From: Oligoflexales bacterium
GTDB lineage: Bacteria > Bdellovibrionota_B > Oligoflexia > Oligoflexales > JALZUQ01
Direction of reading: 5' to 3'
Assembly (NCBI GenBank): GCA_023301465.1
Contig: JALZUQ010000035.1
Span: 320 to 64,319 of the forward strand
Length of the DNA stretch: 64,000 bases
A program made the position numbers and the translations under genes. Positions within the stretch are counted from its first letter, which is position 1. Every line of letters begins with the position of its first letter. The notes beneath the pieces were generated by a model. It ran no database searches and was not told the DNA's origin. It was given only the letters and a program-made list of their open reading frames with translations. This document shows positions 38,647-48,231 of the stretch, piece by piece.

Positions 38647-39732
38647 ATGTCGTTTCAAATGAAAAATGAAAATTCTATGATCAATCAAAACATTGAAAAC
38701 GTAAATTTGAAACGTACATTCCCAGAAATTATTGGAAACTCATCTGCAATTAAAAAAATCATGAGTGCTATTATTAAAATTGCTAAATGTGATGCAGCTG
38801 TTTTAATTTCTGGTGAAAGTGGAACAGGAAAAGAACTCGCTGCTGCTGCACTACATCGTCTTTCTTCAAGGCGAGATAAATCATTTATCGCATTAAACTG
38901 TTCAGCTATTCCAGAACAACTTTTAGAAGCTGAACTATTTGGGCATGAAAAGGGAGCTTTCACTGGAGCTGATAAGAAAAGAGAAGGCCTACTTGAAGCT
39001 GCAAATGGTGGTTGTATTTTCTTGGACGAAATCGGTGATATGCCTTTAAGCTTACAAGCAAAACTTTTGAGAGTTCTACAACAAAAACAATTCACGAGAC
39101 TTGGTAGTAACTCTGTTATCAATACAGATATTCGTATTATCGCCGCAACTCACGTTAATTTACGCAAAGCCATAGAGGAAGGTCGCTTCAGACAAGATTT
39201 GTATTACAGATTAAATGTTCTGCCCATTGATTTACCACCACTGAGAGCAAGAGCTGATGACATCGAACCTCTAGCACAAACGTTTCTACAAAGTTGTAAT
39301 AGAATCCACATGACACATAATCCATGTTTTTTTAACGAAGAAGTTTTAAAAGGATTTGCTCAGTATAATTGGCCTGGAAATATTCGAGAACTACAAAATG
39401 TTGTAGAAAGAATGGCTGTTTATGCAGGAGGTGGAGCACTTACAAAAGAGCATCTACCTCATGAAATTACAGACTACGCACTAGATAAATCAACTCCTCC
39501 AAATACTAACCCGAGCGAAAGATTAACTCTTTCTACACCGCAACACACAATTTCAACAGAGGACCTACCCTCTGAAGGCTTTAGCTTAAGCCAGCACATC
39601 GAAGAGCTAGAGAACCAATATATTCTTGCTGCATTAAGTAAGACCAATAACAACAAAAACCAAGCAGCAAAGCTACTTGGTTTGAATAGGACAACACTGG
39701 TCGAGAAAATAAAAAGACGAAATCTGGGTTAG
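38647..39732 (+). CDS. Sigma-54-dependent activator lacking an N-terminal sensor domain
   Basis: GESGTGKE, GAFTGA, FLDEIGD, WPGNIREL, Fis HTH LGLNRTTLVEK. Confidence 0.92.
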   Translation: MSFQMKNENSMINQNIENVNLKRTFPEIIGNSSAIKKIMSAIIKIAKCDAAVLISGESGTGKELAAAALHRLSSRRDKSFIALNCSAIPEQLLEAELFGHEKGAFTGADKKREGLLEAANGGCIFLDEIGDMPLSLQAKLLRVLQQKQFTRLGSNSVINTDIRIIAATHVNLRKAIEEGRFRQDLYYRLNVLPIDLPPLRARADDIEPLAQTFLQSCNRIHMTHNPCFFNEEVLKGFAQYNWPGNIRELQNVVERMAVYAGGGALTKEHLPHEITDYALDKSTPPNTNPSERLTLSTPQHTISTEDLPSEGFSLSQHIEELENQYILAALSKTNNNKNQAAKLLGLNRTTLVEKIKRRNLG

Positions 39733-40289
39733 ATACTCATAATTTCTTTTTCTTTTACAACAATTCTCTCATCAATTTTTTTAATAAAACTATCCGTTAG
39801 CTTTTGAATATCTCCTTGGAAATCTTTACTTTGATCTTCTGAAATCTCTTTTGCTTTTTCACTCTTTTTAATTTTATCGTTAATATCTTTTCTGATTTGT
39901 CGAACACTTACTTTTGCGTCTTCGCTCATTTTTTTGACCGATCTTACAATTTCTTTACGACGCTCTTCAGTCAGTGGAGGAATTGGAATTCTTATAATAG
40001 AACCATCGTTGTTTGGTGTTAAACCAAGATTTGATTTAATGATAGCTTTCTCTACTTCACCTAATAATGCTTTTTCAAAAGGTGCAATAGAAATGGTTCT
40101 AGCATCGGGAGTCGCTAAAGTAGCAACCTGATTTAAGGGAGTTGGAGCTCCATAATAATCAACTTTGACACCATCAAAAACAGAAATAGACGCTCTCCCG
40201 GTTCTAACTCTTGCCAAGTCACGGGATAGACCCTCTAAACGCTTTTCCATCTTTTCTTCGCATACTGCTTGCTTTTCTTCTAACATCAC
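39729..40289 (-). CDS. frr: Ribosome recycling factor
   Basis: RTGRAS, PPLTEERRKE; follows pyrH. Confidence 0.97.
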   Translation of the reverse strand: MMLEEKQAVCEEKMEKRLEGLSRDLARVRTGRASISVFDGVKVDYYGAPTPLNQVATLATPDARTISIAPFEKALLGEVEKAIIKSNLGLTPNNDGSIIRIPIPPLTEERRKEIVRSVKKMSEDAKVSVRQIRKDINDKIKKSEKAKEISEDQSKDFQGDIQKLTDSFIKKIDERIVVKEKEIMSI

Positions 40290-40298
40290 GGTCCTCCT

Positions 40299-41012
40299 CT
40301 AGCTTACGATTGTTCCATCATACTTGCCGCAAACAGCGTCACGGACACAACCCGGTTTTTCTAACTTGAAAACAATAATAGGAATCTGAGATTCCATACA
40401 CATCGTCATTGCTGTGGCATCCATAACCTTAAGGTCTCTCGATACCGCGTCTAAGTACCCTAGCTTATCAAACTTGCTTGCCGTTTTATCTAAGTTTGGG
40501 TCTTTGTCGTAAATTCCGTTAACTTTTGTAGCCTTTAAAATCACATCTGCATTTATTTCACGTGCACGTAAACTAGCGGCCGTATCCGTTGTAAAATACG
40601 GATTTCCTGTGCCAGCAGAAAAAATAACAATTCGATTTTTTTGGAGATGCTTGATCGCTTTTCTTTGAATGTATGGCTCACTCAGTTGAGCCATATTGAT
40701 AGCAGACATGACACGAGTGCGGTGCTTAAATTTACTTTCAAGAATATTTTGTAACGCCAGTGCATTAATCGCAGTAGCCAACATTCCCATATGATCCGCT
40801 GCCGTTCGTTCCATTTCCATTTTGGCTGCCCGAGCACCACGCCAAATGTTACCGCCACCAATGACAATTCCTATTTGTATACCAAGCTCTTGGACAAGGT
40901 TAATTTCTTCAGCGATTCTCTCCATTGCAGAGCCATCAATACCGTACCCTTTTGTTCCTCCAAGCATTTCACCTGAAATCTTTAATAAAATACGTTTATA
41001 TTGTGGCTCCAT
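40299..41012 (-). CDS. pyrH: UMP kinase
   Basis: LLKISGE, GGGNIWRG, GTGNPYFTTD. Confidence 0.97.
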   Translation of the reverse strand: MEPQYKRILLKISGEMLGGTKGYGIDGSAMERIAEEINLVQELGIQIGIVIGGGNIWRGARAAKMEMERTAADHMGMLATAINALALQNILESKFKHRTRVMSAINMAQLSEPYIQRKAIKHLQKNRIVIFSAGTGNPYFTTDTAASLRAREINADVILKATKVNGIYDKDPNLDKTASKFDKLGYLDAVSRDLKVMDATAMTMCMESQIPIIVFKLEKPGCVRDAVCGKYDGTIVS

Positions 41013-41035
41013 GGACTCTCGCTTTCTTAAGAAAA

Positions 41036-41929
41036 TTAGGCCTTACTTAACTGAGCAACTTCTTCTGCAAAGTTATCTACTTTTTTCTCAACACCTTCAC
41101 CCAAACCAAATCGTTTAAACGAGTCAATTGCAAGTTCTTTATTAAGATTAGTAACTACTTTAGAAACGCTTAAAGACGGATCTTTTACAAATGGTTGATC
41201 AACCAAACAAATTTCTTTGTAGAATTTGTTCATTTGACCCACAAGGATTTTATCAATCATTGCTTCAGGCTTGCCCTGCTCCAATAACTTTTTCTTTGCT
41301 AAATCTTTTTCTGTATCAAGCTCAGAAGCATCCACTTCATCTGATTTTAAATATCTCGGTGAAGACGCAGCAATGTGCATTGCAATGTCTTTAGCAAGAG
41401 ATTTTTCTTCATCATTACTAGCTTTATTTAACTGGATCATCGTTCCAATTTTGCCACCCATATGACTATAAACCTCGATGTATCCACCAGAAACCGTATG
41501 CAGTCTACGAATCTGCATGTTTTCACCTACTTTTGCAATCTTAGCAGTGATTTCAGCAGCAACAGTTGTAGAACCGTCAATAGACATTTCTAAAAGTTTT
41601 TCTATAGAGCTTACATTATTATCTAATGCATACTTACAAACACGCTTACTAAAACCTTGAAAGTCATCTGACTTGCTTGCAAAATCAGTCTCACAGTTTA
41701 GCTCTAATAAAATTGCTTTAGAGTGATCATCAGAGGTCATAACTTGAACGACACCTTCTGCCGTTGCTCTTCCAGATTTTTTTGCAGCTCTTGAAAGTCC
41801 ACGCTCACGCAACCAAAGGATCGCTTTATCCACATTTGCGTCTGATTCTTGTAATGCTTTTTTACATTCCATCATAGGAACACCGGTTTTTTCTCTTAGT
41901 TCCTTTACCATTATTGCTGTTATGGTCAT
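41036..41929 (-). CDS. tsf: Elongation factor Ts
   Basis: VKELREKTG.PMMECKKAL, ELNCETDF. Confidence 0.97.
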   Translation of the reverse strand: MTITAIMVKELREKTGVPMMECKKALQESDANVDKAILWLRERGLSRAAKKSGRATAEGVVQVMTSDDHSKAILLELNCETDFASKSDDFQGFSKRVCKYALDNNVSSIEKLLEMSIDGSTTVAAEITAKIAKVGENMQIRRLHTVSGGYIEVYSHMGGKIGTMIQLNKASNDEEKSLAKDIAMHIAASSPRYLKSDEVDASELDTEKDLAKKKLLEQGKPEAMIDKILVGQMNKFYKEICLVDQPFVKDPSLSVSKVVTNLNKELAIDSFKRFGLGEGVEKKVDNFAEEVAQLSKA

Positions 41930-41971
41930 TGCTATTCTCCGTGTCTTTATTCTTGGTAAGTTAAATTAAAA

Positions 41972-42787
41972 TTAAGTTGCAGCACCGGCTGTTTCTTTAG
42001 GGCCACTCTTTTTTTCTACGGCAACTTGATGCCCTGCTTTGTCTTTAAATCGACCGGCGTTTACACCTGTTGGTTTGCTATCATCTTGTGACTTGTCTTT
42101 GCTACGTCTACGACCAGCAATACATGAGGCTGCAGCAGCACCAACAAAGATTGAAATTGATTTTGTACTGTCGTCATTACCCGGAACAATATAGTCAATT
42201 CCTGCAGGGTCAGCGTTTGTATCCGTAATTGCAACAATTGGAATTCCTAAACGATTCGCTTCTTTTGCAGCGATTTGCTCTTTATGAGCATCAACGATAA
42301 ACATCGCACTTGGCATGCCCGGCATGTCTTTAATACCACCAAGGTTTCTTTCTAGTTTGATTCTTTCACGGTCTAAGTTCAGAGCTTCTTTTTTTGTAAG
42401 CTTCTGAAATGTTCCGTCTTGAGCCATCTTCTCTAGTCTTTTTAGACGGTGAATACTTTGTCTAATCGTTTGGAAGTTTGTCAATGTTCCACCTAACCAA
42501 CGATGGTTAATGTAGTACATGTTAGACTTATCAGCCTCTTCTCTCACGAGATCACGAGCTAGCCTTTTTGTTCCTACAAACAATACGTGACCACCTTTTG
42601 CAGTAACATCTTCTAAGAAAGCACATGCTTTGTTAAGCAAACGCACAGTCTTTTGAAGATCTACAATGTGGATCCCGTTACGTGACGTAAAAATGTAGGG
42701 TTTCATTTTAGGATTCCAGCGTCTGGTCTGGTGACCGTAGTGAACTCCTGCCTCAAGTAATTCTTTCATCGTGACTTTAACAGCCAT
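41972..42787 (-). CDS. rpsB: 30S ribosomal protein S2
   Basis: LLEAGVHYGHQTRRWNPKM; ATG 42787 with AGGAGA RBS. Confidence 0.97.
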   Translation of the reverse strand: MAVKVTMKELLEAGVHYGHQTRRWNPKMKPYIFTSRNGIHIVDLQKTVRLLNKACAFLEDVTAKGGHVLFVGTKRLARDLVREEADKSNMYYINHRWLGGTLTNFQTIRQSIHRLKRLEKMAQDGTFQKLTKKEALNLDRERIKLERNLGGIKDMPGMPSAMFIVDAHKEQIAAKEANRLGIPIVAITDTNADPAGIDYIVPGNDDSTKSISIFVGAAAASCIAGRRRSKDKSQDDSKPTGVNAGRFKDKAGHQVAVEKKSGPKETAGAAT

Positions 42788-42884
42788 AGTATCTCCTTGC
42801 CGAAGGTTTGTTGGTTTAACCCTCTGTTGCCCAGTGATGAAACTAAAGTTCACACCCTCGAACTAGAAACAACAGATCGTTGCA
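42788..42884 (-). promoter_or_regulatory. Probable rpsB 5' leader (S2 autoregulatory structure)
   Basis: CTGTTG...CAACAG stem enclosing GGGTGTG, followed by AGG..AAACC, directly upstream of rpsB. Confidence 0.45.
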
Positions 42885-43158
42885 AAATCCTAAAAATAAG
42901 GACTGCTCACACAATAAGCATTGCCACATCACAATAGCTGTGTTGCCCTGTAATCTCAATAGAATTTGCGAAGAATATCTAAATTTCCATATCACTACGA
43001 CATACCCCTAAAAAACTGAATAGATGGAAGGTATTGAGCTTGACGTAAGTAACTGTAATAAATAAGAAAATAATTTGACTTCTCCAGCTTATCAACATGC
43101 TCACCGAAACGCATATATCTAAGATTGTTTACTTTTTAATGGAGACACTACAAAAAAC

Positions 43159-44607
43159 TTGAAAGATCTCTACTACATTTTCTCAGAGCATGGGAAAGTT
43201 GGTCCACTCGATTCGTTCGAGATACGTGCAGCACTTCGTGTTGGCGAAGTGGATCCTTTTGACCTCGCGTCAAAAGAAGGCTCAAAAATAAAAAGAGCCA
43301 TTGTTGAGATCGATGAAATTTTTGCTACACCTGAAAACCAGTTTTCTCATGAAGATCATGTCGAAATAACTTTAAACAGAGCTGTTGGAGACAACCAAGA
43401 CAGAGAAGTTAGCTACCGCCCCACTACTTCCCTTATTAAAACTGCTCAGGCTGTCCCTCTTAAACAGGTAAAGAAAAAAGAACAACAAGACGCAAGAAAA
43501 GCAAAAATACAGGCTAAAAAAGTAAAAGTTGAAACCAACAAGATAAATCGAAAAGATCAGAAAAAATATCATATTCACACCCAAAAAGCTAAATATGGCC
43601 CCTTTAGTGCCAGAGACATTATTGCAAAATATAATCTCGGAGATTTAGCTTCAACAACAACCGTTCAAAAAATTGGCGTCAAATTAAAGATACCAATTGG
43701 CAAGTTTGTCAAAATATATCAAAAAAACAAAAACCCTAATATTAAAGCTAGAAATTATTATATTTCTTCATTTTTTGAAGACAAAACTTTAATAACGAAG
43801 GCCCTTTGGATTATGGTGGGGGTCGCAGCTGCTTTATTATTTTACTTTACTCTTGAAAAGGCAAAAGAAACTAGAAATATAAAAACTAAACATAAAAACA
43901 AGACGCAAGTAAATCAGAGAACCATTAAACCTGAGCCAATTAAAGCAACACCTAAAAAAACGACGATTCTTAAATCGAGGCAAAATCGTTTTGAGATAAT
44001 CTCAAATAAACCAACTAAAACTATAAATGAACCAAGACAAATCATAAAGAAAGCTAAACCCAAAAGAGTACCACGCCCCAAAAGAGTAAAGAGAACTGCT
44101 ACCACAAAGAAGAAATCAAAGGCCGTAAAACGGACAATAAAAAGATCACCACCCAAACGGATTGTTGCGAGACTTAAAAGTAAACCAAAACCATATAAAC
44201 CCCGAAGCAGCTTAAATGTTAAATCAAGACCTGAGAAGTTTACTACGATTGCAAAGTACTCAACGAAGCCTACTAAGAAAAAAGTTGTAAAGGCTAAACC
44301 AGTTGTTAAAAAAACTCCTAGCCGAAAAAACAAACCTTCCACTTCAAGCTCACTTGGGAATATTCCAAGCACCTCGGGTAAGGTGGGACAAAAAATGAGG
44401 TTTGGCCCTGTTTCCTACTCCACGTCGGCGGTAGCAAGCTGTCCAGCAAAATGCGTATTGACGTTTAATGGCCGAGGAGGGACATCTATAAGAGCTACTT
44501 TTTTTAAAGCTCGGTTTGGGTCTCTGCTATCCAGAAAAGGAGGGAAAGCCACTATTTCAGGCCTTGTATCCTCTGGAAATCGCTTTCTTCTTCAAAAAGT
44601 CGATTGA
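43159..44607 (+). CDS. Bitopic membrane protein with two GYF_2-like domains and Lys/Pro-rich linker
   Basis: YYI....KVGPLD..EI....GEV and YHI....KYGPFS..DI....GDL; TM ALWIMVGVAAALLFYF; K/P/R-rich region. Confidence 0.6.
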   Translation: MKDLYYIFSEHGKVGPLDSFEIRAALRVGEVDPFDLASKEGSKIKRAIVEIDEIFATPENQFSHEDHVEITLNRAVGDNQDREVSYRPTTSLIKTAQAVPLKQVKKKEQQDARKAKIQAKKVKVETNKINRKDQKKYHIHTQKAKYGPFSARDIIAKYNLGDLASTTTVQKIGVKLKIPIGKFVKIYQKNKNPNIKARNYYISSFFEDKTLITKALWIMVGVAAALLFYFTLEKAKETRNIKTKHKNKTQVNQRTIKPEPIKATPKKTTILKSRQNRFEIISNKPTKTINEPRQIIKKAKPKRVPRPKRVKRTATTKKKSKAVKRTIKRSPPKRIVARLKSKPKPYKPRSSLNVKSRPEKFTTIAKYSTKPTKKKVVKAKPVVKKTPSRKNKPSTSSSLGNIPSTSGKVGQKMRFGPVSYSTSAVASCPAKCVLTFNGRGGTSIRATFFKARFGSLLSRKGGKATISGLVSSGNRFLLQKVD

Positions 44608-44699
44608 TTACAAAACCTTATAAACAAAAGTTTCCGATTGACGTTCGTGCTCTCAAAGCTTATCTATATCTTCTAATGTTTTTAGTGGAGAAATAGAAC

Positions 44700-44927
44700 A
44701 TGCCAGTACCTAAGTTTAGAACCTCAGCATCCAAAAGAGATATGAGAAGGTCGCACCACGCATTGAAAACTCCGGGCATGTCTTCTTGTGACAACTGTGG
44801 AAATATCCGCATTCCACATAGAGCTTGTTCTAGTTGTGGTTTCTACAGAAAAAAGCAAGTCCTTACGGCAAAGTCTGAGCGTAACCTAGACAACTTAGGT
44901 TTCACAGACGCAGATATGAACAAATAA
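44700..44927 (+). CDS. rpmF: 50S ribosomal protein L32
   Basis: MPVPKFRTS.SKRDMRRSH, CDNCG..PHRACSSCGFY. Confidence 0.96.
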   Translation: MPVPKFRTSASKRDMRRSHHALKTPGMSSCDNCGNIRIPHRACSSCGFYRKKQVLTAKSERNLDNLGFTDADMNK

Positions 44928-44945
44928 CTTTTTTAGTTACAGCCC

Positions 44946-45869
44946 ATGCCTAACAAAAAAAAGCTTCTAGTAATGTTTCCCGGCCAAGGTTCCCAAAAAA
45001 TTGGGATGGGTCGGGATTTTTTTGATCAAAGCAAAATAGTTCAAGACTATTATGCGACTGCATCTGAGATATGTGGTGTAGACATTCAAAAACTTTGTTT
45101 TGATGGTCCAATAGAAGAGCTCACCTTAACAGAAAACCTCCAGCCAAGCTTACTTACGGCGTGCATGGCATATTGGGAAAACCTCAAACCAAACCTTAAT
45201 GAATATGAACTACACTTTGCTGGGCATAGCTTGGGTGAATATGCAGCTCTTGTCGCAGCTGGTAAAGTCGACTTTCAAAAAGCCGTATCATTAGTAAGAG
45301 CACGTGGAAAAGCAATGCAATCTGCCGTTCCAGTTGGTGAGGGTGCTATGGCTGCTGTCTTAACGACAGAACAAGATCACGTTATTGAAGTTTGCAATTC
45401 AATATCTCAAGAATTTAAAGAAGCTTGTTCCCCAGCAAATTACAATTCATCTTCGCAGTTGGTGATTGCCGGTAGCAAAAAAACCGTAACTGAAGCCGTT
45501 GACCGTTTAAAGGCTCAAAAGATTAGAGCCATCCCATTAAAGGTCAGTGCTCCATTTCATTGCTCCTTAATGAAGCCAGCTAGAGATAGAATGAAATCAC
45601 TTTTAGAAGATACACAAATTACTTCTAATTCTATAAAAGTTGCAGCAAACGTATCTGCTAAATTTCAAAGTGAGTACTCCTCTGAGTACTTGATTGAACA
45701 AATTGACCAACCTGTTCTTTGGGCTCAAACTATCCAAAACGCCATTGAAAATGACGTCACTCATTTTGTTGAATGCGGCCCTGGGACCGCCTTATCTGGC
45801 ATGCTCAAACGCGATAAACTTTCGGTTGAAATCTTAAGCTATGATGAACTCTGCTCAACTAACGATTAA
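44946..45869 (+). CDS. fabD: Malonyl-CoA:ACP transacylase
   Basis: FPGQGSQ, AGHSLGEY, VSAPFH. Confidence 0.96.
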   Translation: MPNKKKLLVMFPGQGSQKIGMGRDFFDQSKIVQDYYATASEICGVDIQKLCFDGPIEELTLTENLQPSLLTACMAYWENLKPNLNEYELHFAGHSLGEYAALVAAGKVDFQKAVSLVRARGKAMQSAVPVGEGAMAAVLTTEQDHVIEVCNSISQEFKEACSPANYNSSSQLVIAGSKKTVTEAVDRLKAQKIRAIPLKVSAPFHCSLMKPARDRMKSLLEDTQITSNSIKVAANVSAKFQSEYSSEYLIEQIDQPVLWAQTIQNAIENDVTHFVECGPGTALSGMLKRDKLSVEILSYDELCSTND

Positions 45870-45964
45870 ACCCTTCGGGTCTTAGCCTTAAAAAATAACT
45901 TCTTACACTCAAACATTAAAATTAGTATAAATACATATTAGCCCATAAACGAGGAGGAAGTATT

Positions 45965-46363
45965 ATGTCATCTAATCAAGGTTCATGTCTTTGTAAGTCA
46001 GTTCAGTATAAACTTGAAGGTGAACCAAATAGTTTCTACTTATGCCATTGCACAAGATGTCGTAAAGTTAGCGGGACAGCACATGTAGCAAACTTATTTT
46101 TTCAAGATACTTCCATAGAGTGGGTTTCTGGAAAAGAAAAAGTCAAAACATATGCACTAGCAGATAGCCATTTTAAAAATTCATTTTGCACACAATGTGG
46201 TAGCCAAGTGCCAACAACTCTCAGTAATAGTAAAGTCATGGTTCCAGCTGGAAGCTTAGACACTGATGTACACATTAAACCAAATGCTCATATTTTTTGT
46301 GACAGCCGTGCAAACTGGGAATCTAGTATTGAAAACACACCAAAATTTAGTGAAATGCCATAA
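45965..46363 (+). CDS. GFA/CENP-V family protein
   Basis: GSCLC..V.Y, CHCTRCRK..G, FCTQCGS; GGAGG RBS. Confidence 0.92.
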   Translation: MSSNQGSCLCKSVQYKLEGEPNSFYLCHCTRCRKVSGTAHVANLFFQDTSIEWVSGKEKVKTYALADSHFKNSFCTQCGSQVPTTLSNSKVMVPAGSLDTDVHIKPNAHIFCDSRANWESSIENTPKFSEMP

Positions 46364-46384
46364 AATAAATAGAATTATCCAACT

Positions 46385-47629
46385 TTATTTAAAAGAAGCA
46401 TGACAACTATCTGTTGCTTGCAAGCTCTCGATTTTTTGATCAATGAGTTTTGATAAATCATTTATGATGTCCTCTAGAGTCACAGAGCTCTTCATTTTTT
46501 TCATAGCAGAGTGCTCAGGAACAATTTCTATGTAAGGGATGAAAGTATTAAAATCATGTTCTTCTTCACCCAAATATGCAGCTGAGAGCATTAATCCTCT
46601 TAACCTATTTAGAGTTGCTGATTTTATCTTATTTGCTTGTAAGCTTAATTTCACTCTAAGATAACCTCCCCCACTTTCAACTGCAGCAAGCATCGCTTTT
46701 ATTCTTAAAAGCCCCAACAATCTAATCTTCGCTAATACTGGAGTAGTAAAGCCATGATTTAAATGTATTCCATCAAAAAGATTTCTGCCTTTAAATTTTA
46801 CAGTCTGTGAAGGGTTACTAAAAAAATAGGGTTTATCCATCAAAACCCTATTTTGCTCGTAAGAAAAACGAATAAACTTTGCAACAATTACTTTAAATAA
46901 GTTAAATTTATCATTACTTGCTAAAAGATCGTCACTTAATATATCAATTGTTTCAGTTTCAGGGGGTGATACCCATCTTTGAACTGAAGTTGAGATAGGT
47001 GGGGTTTCAATTAGCCCGCGAGAACCCAGTTGAATAAGAGCGGATTTTGTTAATAAGTGATACATTTCATGTCCAGCCTCTTGACTAAGATAATGTAACC
47101 AAAAACTTTTATCAGAAAAAACGGATAATAATTCAGCTTCAAATTCATTTTTAGCAAAAGAGATTAAAAAACGATAAACATCTTCTATCTTTCCTTTGAC
47201 TAAGAATGATTTGCGGTAGTTGTATTCAGGAGCATCTTTTATAAATAAGGGCACACCTTCTATATTTATTAGTTCTATTGAAAATTTTTCAATAGAACTA
47301 CTCATAAAATTTTTCCAAAACGGTTTTATCTCTCGAACTGTTAGAAATTTACTTTTAGCTATAAAAACAAAGCTAATTTCTTGTCCGATCTTTGCACTGG
47401 TTAAAACTTTAAAAGTAGCTCTTGGTGTTCCTGACCCAACCACCGCGATTGAAGAGAGTAGCTCATCTGGGATTGTTCTTTTTATATGAGGGTCTAAATC
47501 AACATCGGTATTTCTACTTTCTACAATGTCTTCATTCATTTGTGATAGTAAATCATCTGCAAAAGTAGATGCAGAAACACAAAAGAAACTAAGATACAAA
47601 AAGAGTGATAAACATATTTGACTCATCAA
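46385..47629 (-). CDS. Hypothetical exported protein
   Basis: Signal peptide; 414 aa; no recognised domain. Confidence 0.55.
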   Translation of the reverse strand: MMSQICLSLFLYLSFFCVSASTFADDLLSQMNEDIVESRNTDVDLDPHIKRTIPDELLSSIAVVGSGTPRATFKVLTSAKIGQEISFVFIAKSKFLTVREIKPFWKNFMSSSIEKFSIELINIEGVPLFIKDAPEYNYRKSFLVKGKIEDVYRFLISFAKNEFEAELLSVFSDKSFWLHYLSQEAGHEMYHLLTKSALIQLGSRGLIETPPISTSVQRWVSPPETETIDILSDDLLASNDKFNLFKVIVAKFIRFSYEQNRVLMDKPYFFSNPSQTVKFKGRNLFDGIHLNHGFTTPVLAKIRLLGLLRIKAMLAAVESGGGYLRVKLSLQANKIKSATLNRLRGLMLSAAYLGEEEHDFNTFIPYIEIVPEHSAMKKMKSSVTLEDIINDLSKLIDQKIESLQATDSCHASFK

Positions 47630-47817
47630 AAAGCCTTTCCAAATAGATTTAACTTAAAGGGGGCGACAAAAGAGGTAGCATTTAATCACAACGACTGCAA
47701 ATTAAATAGGCAAATCAATGGGTGGTTATATTTTTAAGGCAATGAAGTTAGCTACTTAAAGAAGACTGTTATAGAAGATGAGATAACTCGACTCTTAATC
47801 GCTATATTCCAAATGAA

Positions 47818-48231
47818 ATGTTCACTGAACGAGACAACATGACCAAAGCATCAGCGACAATACGCATTAACGCACTTCTTATAGATGGAATTACTTTATT
47901 TGTGTTTATTTATATTTTATTACCTATTGCACTACCATTACTCTTTCAGAGTAATGAGATAAGAGGTCGTGTGGGTGCAGGGTTACTTTTGCTTATATTT
48001 TTATATGAACCGTTCATGGTTAGATATTTTGGTGCAACAATTGGCCATAAATTTTTTGGACTATATGTAAAGTCTGTAAATGGATCCAATTTAACAATGC
48101 TTCAAGCTATGATGAGGAGCTTGATAAAAGGGTTTTTCGGCTTATTTTCTTTTATGACTTTTTATAGAAGCGGTAATACCATTCATGACTATTTTACAAA
48201 CTCATGTGTTTACTTAAAAAAATCAAATTAA
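47818..48231 (+). CDS. RDD family membrane protein
   Basis: RINALLID, GATIGHKFFGL.V, IHDYFTNS.V. Confidence 0.85.
   Translation: MFTERDNMTKASATIRINALLIDGITLFVFIYILLPIALPLLFQSNEIRGRVGAGLLLLIFLYEPFMVRYFGATIGHKFFGLYVKSVNGSNLTMLQAMMRSLIKGFFGLFSFMTFYRSGNTIHDYFTNSCVYLKKSN

Noticed and set aside
42788-42853. 22-aa N-terminal extension of RpsB
   Set aside because: Likely start is ATG 42787 with AGGAGA RBS; the extension lies in the 5' leader.
43914-44372. 152-aa hydrophobic antisense ORF
   Set aside because: Shadow of the Lys-rich coding strand; the same applies to other antisense ORFs inside spoT, rnc, tsf, ffh and lolC/E.
44700-45869. rpmF-fabD without plsX/fabH/fabG, and lolC/E without adjacent lolD
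   Set aside because: Operon fragmentation of housekeeping genes is common and the missing genes may lie elsewhere.
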